From NCBI GenBank assembly GCA_965208125.1, contig OZ242320.1, forward strand, positions 4,928,001 through 4,992,000: a stretch of 64,000 nucleotides of DNA, read 5' to 3'. Shown one piece after another: positions 56,803 to 64,000 of the stretch (the stretch's first letter is position 1; each line of letters begins with the position of its first letter). This DNA is from Candidatus Latescibacterota bacterium. Lineage in GTDB: Bacteria; Latescibacterota; UBA2968. The translations under genes and the position numbers were made by a program. Below the pieces are notes generated by a model. That model saw nothing but the letters and a program-made list of their open reading frames with translations. It was not told where the DNA came from and did not search any database.

Positions 56803-56886
56803 GTTGAAAAAATTGATTCATTCATCGCTAAAAAATTGAACGATTCGTACTCATATAGAGTTTGTTTATGCTACCCTTTATAAGCA

Positions 56887-56899
56887 TAACTCACTGATT
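56887..56899 (-). promoter_or_regulatory. IHF binding site
   Basis: Minus strand AATCAGTGAGTTA matches WATCARNNNNTTR, about 30 bp upstream of the -24 element. Confidence 0.65.
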
Positions 56900-56929
56900 T
56901 AATGTCTCTTGCGGCATTTTTCTCGATTT

Positions 56930-56945
56930 TGGCACGCAATTTGCA
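56930..56945 (+). promoter_or_regulatory. sigma54 -24/-12 promoter
   Basis: TGGCACG-CAAT-TTGCA matches TGGCACG-N4-TTGC(A/T) exactly, 36 bp before the ATG, with an AGGAGG RBS in between. Confidence 0.85.
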
Positions 56946-56981
56946 GATGTAATAATCCAAAAAACATTACAGGAGGCCAAT

Positions 56982-59711
56982 ATGATGAGATACTGGATTA
57001 TTGCTGTGATATCGGGAGTGCTTTCTTTCGCAGAGGTTTTTCACACTGAAGCGATTGTCGTGATCAACGAGGTTCTTGCAGATCCGCCATCGGGAGATAG
57101 GGGCGATGCTAATAGAGATGGAATATGGCCCGAGCGAAGCAACTACGAGGACGAGTTTATAGAAATACTGAATACCGGATCGGATACTGTTGCGATCGGC
57201 GGATGGGAATTATCAGATAAAAAACCCGGCTCAAAAGGGCCATTCACTTTTCCCCCAAATACACGGATTGCTCCGGGCGAATACATCGTACTTTTTGGCG
57301 GCGGAGATGCAAAAAAAATTAAATCTGAATTTGAAAGCAAAGTTTTTGTTGATGATGGTAAGATTGGTGGAGGATTGAGCAATTCGGGAGACGCTGTATT
57401 TTTGATCAATCCAACTTCAAGCGATACAATTGCAAGAGCAGAATGGGGGAAAGAGGGGGGTAAGGATCAATCTCTCGTGCGGTATCCGGAAGGGGCTGAC
57501 AGGTGGGTGTTACATAGCGATTCACCGGGCAGAGGGTTGTTTTCGCCGGGCAAACCGAGGTCGCTTTTCGATATACTCCAATCTCTTCCCGAGTATCTGG
57601 ACATGATAGAAGGAGAATTTGTGTATCTGACCCCCGCGATCTATAGCTACGAGACCGGGGAAACAAGACGAATTGAGGATGAAGTTTTATGGGTATCGTG
57701 GGATACCACTATCGTACGAATTGAACAGGACAACAAGGTGGTTGCTGTGCGTGCTGGCGAGACGGAAGTTGGTTTTTTCTGGCAGGACCGAGAGAGCCTG
57801 CACACATATATACGGGTATTGGAAAAGAAAAAAATGGCATTGGTGATCTCAGAGGTGTATCCAAATCCCGCCTGGGGTGACGCGGGCGACACCAATAGTG
57901 ATGGGGTGCGGCACACCTATCAGGATGAATTCGTCGAAGTAGCTAATCTGGGCGAGCACCCCATTGACATTAGTGGCTATTTTCTCGGTGATGACGATGT
58001 ACCTGTGGAAAAACTTTTTCGATTCCCCGATAGCACAGTGCTCGATACTCAAGCAGTTGTCGTGCTCTTTGGCGGTGGTGAGATACCTGTTAGCGATCGG
58101 ATCTTTGCAGATGACGGCAGCATTGGCGATGGCCTGTCCAATTGGAGCGATACTGTGCAGCTATTGGCGCCAGATAGTAGTACGGTGGTATTTTCAATGA
58201 AGTATGAGCATTCGACCAGAGGCGTATCCTTTGCCAGAGATGGCGATGGCAATTATGTGTTACACAATCAGATATACAAAGAAGATCCCAATGGACAAGG
58301 GGCGGCGCGAGAGGATTCCGTAGATATAGCGAACCGTGACTCACTCGACATATTCCAACTTTCTGAAGGCCTGGTGATCTCTGAAGTCTATCCCAATCCC
58401 GCCGCAGGCGATGCAGGCGATACCAATGGCGATGGGGAGCGAGATACCTTTCAGGATGAATTTGTTGAGATAGCGAATTTGGGCGTGCATCCCATCGATA
58501 TTGGTGGCTATTACCTCGGTGATGACGATGTACCTGTGGAAAAACTTTTTCGATTTCCCGATAGCACAGTGCTCGATACACAAGCAGTTGTCGTGCTCTT
58601 TGGCGGTGGTGAGATACCTGTTAGCAATCGGATTTTTGCAGATGACGGCAGCATTGGCGATGGCCTGTCCAATAGAGGCGATACCGTGCAGTTGCTGGCG
58701 CCAGATGGAAGCACAGGGATCTCCAAAATGACGTATGAGAACGCGCCCAAAGGTATATCATTTGCGAGAGACGATAAGGGGAATTATCTGTTACACAATG
58801 AGATATACGAAGGGGAAACTATATCTATCGGACGATTAGGACAGGGCGATGATCCAGTTAAACTCGAGGAATTAACTGTTCCCGATGGTCTGGTATTTTC
58901 CGAAATCCTGATGCTACCCGAACAGGTGGATGCCAATAACGATGGGACTGTTGATAAGCATACTGATGCTTTTGTCGAATTGACCAATATCGGTGTTGAT
59001 ACCCTCGACCTGAGCGGGTGGCTGCTCGGCGATGACGATATCATTGCCTCTCGATTCTTTCCCTTTCCCGATGATGTCGTGCTCGTGCCTGGCAGTTATG
59101 TCACCATTTTTGGTGGAGGGACGCCTGTGGACATTCCCGGTATTGTTTTGTCTGCCAAGGGGCAGATTGGAAATGGACTCAGTAGCGGTGGCGATGTCGT
59201 CCGTCTGATCATGCCCGATGGTAAGACCGTGGTGCAGTCTGTGGGCGTGCCAAAAGCGACGCCAGATGTTTCCTGGCTATTTTCGCCGGATGATCCGCCA
59301 AAGTTACATCCCCAAATCTCAGGTGGGCGGGCAATGTCGCCCGGCACACCATCTATTTCGGAGGTGAAATCAGACACCCTGGCTGATGTGGGTGCCGTAT
59401 CGGGAAAACCCATTGTTAGTGATCTGGAAATAGAGGATCCCAAATGGGGTATTTACCCATCACCCAATCCCTTCAATACAGCAACTGTATTGAGTTTTTA
59501 CACGGCAGGAGGCCCTGTTTATATAACTATATATAATATCCTGGGACAACCCATCAGACGGTTGGTTCAACAATATTTGCCTGCCGGATATTATCAGCGT
59601 ATATGGGATGGTAAAAATGATTCTGGAGTATCTGTGGGTTCCGGAATCTATATCGTCCTTCTAAAAGACAAGAAAACGACATTTACACAGCGTGTCGCGC
59701 TCTTGAAGTGA
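56982..59711 (+). CDS. Secreted lamin-tail-domain (LTD) repeat protein with Ig-like and FlgD/CTD-like C-terminal domain
   Basis: Signal peptide, four (I/F)(N/S)E...GD.N.DG...EF.E..N.G...D..G..L.D repeats, an Ig-like segment, and C-terminal PNPFN..T..IYNILGQ..WDG.N..G..V.SG.Y. Confidence 0.85.
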   Translation: MMRYWIIAVISGVLSFAEVFHTEAIVVINEVLADPPSGDRGDANRDGIWPERSNYEDEFIEILNTGSDTVAIGGWELSDKKPGSKGPFTFPPNTRIAPGEYIVLFGGGDAKKIKSEFESKVFVDDGKIGGGLSNSGDAVFLINPTSSDTIARAEWGKEGGKDQSLVRYPEGADRWVLHSDSPGRGLFSPGKPRSLFDILQSLPEYLDMIEGEFVYLTPAIYSYETGETRRIEDEVLWVSWDTTIVRIEQDNKVVAVRAGETEVGFFWQDRESLHTYIRVLEKKKMALVISEVYPNPAWGDAGDTNSDGVRHTYQDEFVEVANLGEHPIDISGYFLGDDDVPVEKLFRFPDSTVLDTQAVVVLFGGGEIPVSDRIFADDGSIGDGLSNWSDTVQLLAPDSSTVVFSMKYEHSTRGVSFARDGDGNYVLHNQIYKEDPNGQGAAREDSVDIANRDSLDIFQLSEGLVISEVYPNPAAGDAGDTNGDGERDTFQDEFVEIANLGVHPIDIGGYYLGDDDVPVEKLFRFPDSTVLDTQAVVVLFGGGEIPVSNRIFADDGSIGDGLSNRGDTVQLLAPDGSTGISKMTYENAPKGISFARDDKGNYLLHNEIYEGETISIGRLGQGDDPVKLEELTVPDGLVFSEILMLPEQVDANNDGTVDKHTDAFVELTNIGVDTLDLSGWLLGDDDIIASRFFPFPDDVVLVPGSYVTIFGGGTPVDIPGIVLSAKGQIGNGLSSGGDVVRLIMPDGKTVVQSVGVPKATPDVSWLFSPDDPPKLHPQISGGRAMSPGTPSISEVKSDTLADVGAVSGKPIVSDLEIEDPKWGIYPSPNPFNTATVLSFYTAGGPVYITIYNILGQPIRRLVQQYLPAGYYQRIWDGKNDSGVSVGSGIYIVLLKDKKTTFTQRVALLK
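57841..58810 (+). repeat. Internal direct repeat (LTD2/LTD3), 531-bp offset
   Basis: 57984-58142 vs 58515-58673 are nearly identical; the flanks are more diverged. Confidence 0.9.
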
Positions 59712-59745
59712 GAAGCAAAATCTAATAGAAGGGAGGTGAAACAGG

Positions 59746-60027
59746 ATGGCACAACCCGAAATTACATTTCGTCATGGCCTGTGCAGTGCTTCGATTTTCG
59801 AAAATGAATACAAGCGCGGTGAAGAGTCTTTCACTGTGCGGACAGTTTCATTTCAGCGAAGTTATTTGGACAAAGATGGGAATTGGCAAACCACCAATAG
59901 CTTGAAGGTGAACGACATTCCCAAAGCCGTATTAGTGTTGAATAAAGCGTATGAGTTTTTGACATCGAACAGTCAGGCTGAGGCAGAAGTAGATGATGCG
60001 ACTGCAATAGCAGATGAACAGGCTTGA
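59746..60027 (+). CDS. Small hypothetical protein, PC4/SpoVG-like putative nucleic-acid-binding
   Basis: GGGAGG RBS. Pattern ASIFEN...VSFQRSYLDKDGNWQTTNSL..NDIP..helix with an acidic tail. Confidence 0.7.
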   Translation: MAQPEITFRHGLCSASIFENEYKRGEESFTVRTVSFQRSYLDKDGNWQTTNSLKVNDIPKAVLVLNKAYEFLTSNSQAEAEVDDATAIADEQA

Positions 60028-60046
60028 GGAAATGGTGAAGTTATAT

Positions 60047-60079
60047 AAAAAAAGGTCCGGCTATTAGCTGGACCTTTTT
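60047..60079. terminator. Bidirectional terminator
   Basis: AAAAAGGTCCGGCT-ATT-AGCTGGACCTTTTT. Confidence 0.85.
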
Positions 60080-60164
60080 GTGTACCTATTCATTAGTAAA
60101 CTACTATCGTAGCAGGACTACATTTTGGATTAGAGATGCTCCGATGCAAATAGGCAGGCAATAC

Positions 60165-60461
60165 CTATGCATCCAAAGGCTCGTGCAGTGCTTTCTTGAT
60201 TAAAACACCGGCTTTGAAATAGCTCTTTCTCCGAGCGGGAACATAAACAATTTCGCCTGTACGAGGGTTGCGTGCAGCGGGTTTCGGTTTGGTCGGCTTG
60301 ATACCCAGCACGCCAAATCCCCTGATTTCGATCCGATCGCCAGCAACCAGATTTTCACGCATGGCGTTAAAAAGGGTATTAACAATCTCATAAGCGAGTT
60401 GCTTTTTGATTCCCAAACGATCAGAAATTTTTAAGGCGATGTCTTTTTTAGTCATCGTCAT
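60165..60461 (-). CDS. HU/IHF family DNA-binding protein (IHF-beta-like)
   Basis: MTKKDI, GDRIEIRGFG and ARNPRTGE.V.VPARR..FKAG motifs; GGGAGG RBS. Confidence 0.93.
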   Translation of the reverse strand: MTMTKKDIALKISDRLGIKKQLAYEIVNTLFNAMRENLVAGDRIEIRGFGVLGIKPTKPKPAARNPRTGEIVYVPARRKSYFKAGVLIKKALHEPLDA

Positions 60462-60623
60462 ACGGTCCTCCCATTTCACAGGTATTATCAAGGCATTGGG
60501 CTAATATATAACTCTAAACCCCTGATATGCAAGACAAAAATGTTACACAATCGTCACAAAATTGAAAAATTGCTTTTGCTTTATATGTCGCTTATTTTAT
60601 CATCGTTAGTGAGGATAATACCC

Positions 60624-61451
60624 ATGAGAGCAAAACCGGAAACCAGTGTGATACACCGCGTCACGCGGTATAATGGCTCTATTGGCAAATCCGTGGATGA
60701 TGTACTGGTCGTAGAAGAGCCACTTGAAATTCGCGTTGCAGGAGAAACCGTTGCCGTGACCATGCGAACGCCAGGGGCGGACCGCGCCCTTGCGCTGGGA
60801 TTTCTGTATGGCGAGGGCATCATCCGTGAAATCCACGATGTCGGGCGTGCGGAACACTGCGGTCGCCCGGGGACTCCTGAGTATGGAAATGTCATCGATG
60901 TTCTTCCTCGCCCGGGCGAGATGCTTGATCCCGAAAGGATTCGAGCGGGACGAAGAGGCACACTGACTTCATCGGCGTGTGGGGTATGTGGACGCGAGCA
61001 GATAGAAGATATGATGCAGCGGTGCCAACCCATCAATGATCATCGCGCGGTTCGGGCAGCGATGATTTTTGATGCACAGGAGCAAATGCGTCAATCCCAG
61101 TACGTATTTGCACAAACAGGGGGCGTTCATGCTGCTGCCGCATTTTCTGAAACAGGGGATATGTATTGCTGTTTTGAAGATATTGGCCGGCACAATGCAG
61201 TAGATAAGGTTGTAGGGCATTTGCTCGAAACGCATAACATAGTAGAAGGGGAGGGCGTTCAGATACTCGCGGTAAGTAGCAGAGCGAGTTTTGAAATCGT
61301 ACAAAAGGCCGTTATTGCGCGCATACCTGTCGTAGTTGCCGTATCTGCAGCGAGTTCATTGGCAGCAAATCTTGCACAGGCGATGGGAATAACCCTCATT
61401 GGCTTTGCACGCGACAAAAGGATGGTCATTTATACAGGGACTGTGCAATAG
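60624..61451 (+). CDS. fdhD: Formate dehydrogenase accessory sulfurtransferase
   Basis: EEPLEI, TMRTPG, SSACGVCG, TGGVHAA, EDIGRHNAVDK and LIGFAR motifs. Confidence 0.95.
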   Translation: MRAKPETSVIHRVTRYNGSIGKSVDDVLVVEEPLEIRVAGETVAVTMRTPGADRALALGFLYGEGIIREIHDVGRAEHCGRPGTPEYGNVIDVLPRPGEMLDPERIRAGRRGTLTSSACGVCGREQIEDMMQRCQPINDHRAVRAAMIFDAQEQMRQSQYVFAQTGGVHAAAAFSETGDMYCCFEDIGRHNAVDKVVGHLLETHNIVEGEGVQILAVSSRASFEIVQKAVIARIPVVVAVSAASSLAANLAQAMGITLIGFARDKRMVIYTGTVQ

Positions 61452-61454
61452 GGT

Positions 61455-61509
61455 GGAGAAAGACGTCTTGCATCTCCCTATAGGCGGTTGGGCTGGTTGG
61501 CCCAACCGC
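61455..61509. repeat. REP-like palindromes after fdhD
   Basis: Imperfect GGAGA..AAGACGTCTT.GCATCTCC palindrome and a perfect GCGGTTGGGC-TGGTTG-GCCCAACCGC hairpin. Confidence 0.5.
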
Positions 61510-61589
61510 TAAATTTTTGCTGTCTATGGGAACACTATTTGTAAATTTCAGGTCTAATCGTTGGCAAAGGTAAATGAGGAGCTATACTA

Positions 61590-62483
61590 ATGGTTATTCG
61601 GATTTCAAACCTGACAAAAATATATGGTCGCGGCGCAGTTCCCGCCCTGGACGATGTCACATTGACCATTCCTCACGGAACATTTGGCCTGCTGGGACCC
61701 AATGGGGCGGGTAAAACAACGCTGATTAAAATTTTATCGACTCAAATGGACGCATCGAGCGGCAACGTGACTATGGATGAGTTCGACCTGGTAAAAGACC
61801 GCACCGAAATTCGCCGGCGTCTGGGATATTTGCCCCAGCATTTTGGAACCTATCCACAACTGACGGCCTGGGAATTTCTCGATTATATGGCTGTTTTGGG
61901 CGGCATGCACAATAGAACAGCGCGTCTAAATCGCGTAGAGCAAGCTTTAAATGAAGTCGGATTGTACGAAGCGCGCAATCGGCGTTCGGGCACATTTTCA
62001 GGTGGCATGATGCGCCGCCTTGGCATTGCACAGACCATTCTGACCGATCCAGAGTTTCTCATTGTCGATGAACCCACCGTGGGGCTTGACCCGGAAGAAC
62101 GCATCCGGTTTCGAGGTATTTTGGGACGCTTGAGTAGCGATCGCGCAATTTTGATCTCCACGCATATTGTGGGCGATATTTCGAGTACCTGCGAAGATCT
62201 CGCGGTCCTGGATACCGGACGGCTGATCTTTCGCGGTTCTCCCGGAGAACTCATTTCAAAAGCCGATGGCAAAACGTGGGAAGTACAGGTTGATGACGCT
62301 GGCTTTGAAATGCTGTCGCGGGTGTTTCGCGTAGTCACGGTAAATGTTGAAGGCGATCAGATGCGTTTGCGTATGGTGGGCGATGGCGAGCCTCCCGCTG
62401 ATGCCGAAGCAGTCGCGCCCAATCTCGAAGATGCCTATGTCTATTTTGTCGGAGGCGATACCACAGGCGAAATTGCTGCGTAA
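61590..62483 (+). CDS. ABC transporter ATP-binding protein
   Basis: GPNGAGKT, GYLPQ, FSGGM, VDEPTVGLDPEER, ISTHIV and PNLEDAY motifs. Confidence 0.95.
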   Translation: MVIRISNLTKIYGRGAVPALDDVTLTIPHGTFGLLGPNGAGKTTLIKILSTQMDASSGNVTMDEFDLVKDRTEIRRRLGYLPQHFGTYPQLTAWEFLDYMAVLGGMHNRTARLNRVEQALNEVGLYEARNRRSGTFSGGMMRRLGIAQTILTDPEFLIVDEPTVGLDPEERIRFRGILGRLSSDRAILISTHIVGDISSTCEDLAVLDTGRLIFRGSPGELISKADGKTWEVQVDDAGFEMLSRVFRVVTVNVEGDQMRLRMVGDGEPPADAEAVAPNLEDAYVYFVGGDTTGEIAA

Positions 62484-62495
62484 AGGATTAATACT

Positions 62496-64000
62496 ATGCT
62501 ATCTATCTTTCACAATGTATGGGGCGTTGCGCGTTATGAGCGCAAAATGCTCTTGAGAACCACAAAATTCCGCATTTTGGGCGGCCTGGGCATGAGCATT
62601 CCCGTTTTGCTCGGCATCGGCTTTGCCATAGCAGAAGCCAACGGTGCTGAACTGCCCGTGGGCATTGATTCTTATGTTCCATTTTTAGTGTACAGTTTCT
62701 TGCAGACCATTGTCATAGCATTTATCGTGGGAGATTTTAGGGCAGCGGATGAACAGGCGCATATTTACGAAGTCGTGGCCGGGCGACCCATTTCCACTGC
62801 AGAACTGGTTGCGGGTAAGTATCTGGGCATTGTTAGTGCGCTTGTCTTTTTGAGCCTGGGGGTTCTGCTTTTAACCCTGAGTATCCAGGCTGCAAAAATC
62901 AGCATGACGGGCAATCCATTTACAATAAAACCCTATATCAGCTATCTCGTGCTCATGAACCTGCCCGCCCTGATTTTTATGTCTTCTGTGACATTTTTTC
63001 TGGGTGCAGTGTTGCGACGGCAAGCGGCAGTTGCTCTGATTGTGATCGGGTATTTGCTGGCCGTCCTGTTATTCCTGGGCAGGCGATATGACGGCATCTA
63101 CGACTTTGGTGCTTTTTTTACACCTCTGTATTATTCCGACCTGATTGGTCTGGCAGATATGACGCAAGTGGGGCTACAACGCCTGTTTTACATCTTACTC
63201 GGCATTGGATTTTTTGGCTTTTCAATTGATTGGTATCCCCGTCTTGCACATTCTTTAGTCGCGCGGTGGTTTGGGCGAGGCTGCGCGCTAACCGGTTTTG
63301 GTCTGGCTGTGGGCCTCTACTTTTATATGGATGCAGAGGCCGTAGATCGGAAAGCATATCGCAGTTCGTTGCTCGAGCAACAGGAAGCCGTTGCGAATAT
63401 CCCCGTTGCGGAAATAACCCATTACGATCTGGCATTGACGCTTTTGGGAGAGGAGCCGCTTGCCGCCTCTGGTAAGATTAGATTGAAAAACCCCCACGAA
63501 GCGCCGCTCGATACGTTGATTCTTTTGCTCAATCCCGGATTTGAAATCCAGAGCCTGATGCGCGGCGATGGCGGCGCAATAGCGTGGGAGCGGATGGGAA
63601 GCGTGATCCGCGTCATACCCGCTAATCCCCTGCAATCAGAGCAAGAACTCGATCTAACCCTGGCATACGCGGGTGATATTAACACGGATGGTTTTGATCT
63701 CCAACGAGAAAAAGCCAGACCAAAGTTGCGCAAACGCGATGGGATATTTAATAAGGGATCTTTGACGGCGTGGATTCGCGACAATTCCATCTATTTGCCT
63801 CCGCGCAGCCGATGGTATCCCGTGACAGGCGTTGATTACGGCTATGAAGATACGCGTGCGGTGTCCTTTTCAACGGCAAATTTGCAAATAACATATCCGC
63901 AAGGCATCGAAGTCATTACTCAGGGGCAGGTCGGCAAGGCCGATACGCTCGGCACACAGGTAACGCGCCAATGGGTTGTTGCAAAACCCGTGCCCGTCCT
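62496..64000 (+). CDS. ABC-2 permease fused to an M1-aminopeptidase-like extracellular domain (3' truncated by window edge)
   Basis: ATG 62496: MLSIFHNVWGVARYERKMLLR, RPISTAELVAGKYLG, several TMs, then ITHYDLALTL..LKNP..LLNPG and RWYP. Appears open to the window end. Confidence 0.75.
   Translation, partial: MLSIFHNVWGVARYERKMLLRTTKFRILGGLGMSIPVLLGIGFAIAEANGAELPVGIDSYVPFLVYSFLQTIVIAFIVGDFRAADEQAHIYEVVAGRPISTAELVAGKYLGIVSALVFLSLGVLLLTLSIQAAKISMTGNPFTIKPYISYLVLMNLPALIFMSSVTFFLGAVLRRQAAVALIVIGYLLAVLLFLGRRYDGIYDFGAFFTPLYYSDLIGLADMTQVGLQRLFYILLGIGFFGFSIDWYPRLAHSLVARWFGRGCALTGFGLAVGLYFYMDAEAVDRKAYRSSLLEQQEAVANIPVAEITHYDLALTLLGEEPLAASGKIRLKNPHEAPLDTLILLLNPGFEIQSLMRGDGGAIAWERMGSVIRVIPANPLQSEQELDLTLAYAGDINTDGFDLQREKARPKLRKRDGIFNKGSLTAWIRDNSIYLPPRSRWYPVTGVDYGYEDTRAVSFSTANLQITYPQGIEVITQGQVGKADTLGTQVTRQWVVAKPVPV

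Noticed and set aside
57984-58673. Near-identical repeat pair as a DGR template/variable repeat
   Set aside because: Mismatches are not adenine-specific (C/T, T/A, G/A, C/T), both copies are in-frame domains of one gene, and there is no reverse transcriptase in the window.

Overview
Chromosomal window from a diderm bacterium of roughly 50% GC. GWxTD, DUF5683-like, FlgD/CTD-tailed and GldFG-like proteins suggest an FCB-superphylum lineage such as Latescibacterota or Gemmatimonadota; this is inference. In order it holds: a GldF/GldG/DUF4340 ABC system and YihY; a tandem pair of TonB-dependent receptors; mobA and a phhB-GH88-DUF547-pgi-arsS run; YyaL, DegT, an FAD/Fe-S oxidoreductase, acyP, apt and tRNA-Arg(CCT). 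A mosaic catabolic patch follows (sulfatase, NIPSNAP, ThDP enzyme, PhyH, OtnK-like kinase, class II aldolase, a Bacteroidota-type GLPGLI plus beta-barrel pair, SDR). Then come CYTH-CHAD-ParA, TonB with a GWxTD operon, ruvX-mltG-pcrA-gatC-pyrG-lptCAB-MOSC-rpoN, an HPPD/VOC-like orphan, a lamin-tail repeat protein with a small PC4-like protein, IHF/HU, fdhD and an ABC/M1-peptidase-like pair. No transposase, integrase, prophage, CRISPR array or rRNA was seen. Best leads: (1) a sigma54 plus IHF promoter driving a secreted 4x lamin-tail protein and a putative ssDNA-binding protein, located between rpoN and the IHF/HU gene; (2) CYTH-CHAD-orphan ParA as a possible polyphosphate-granule positioning system; (3) an unannotated 53-aa basic protein whose C-terminus matches a segment of the neighbouring TonB receptor at 9/12 residues; (4) a dispersed composite intergenic repeat at gene 3' ends. 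All family calls come from motif recognition by eye, with no database searches.
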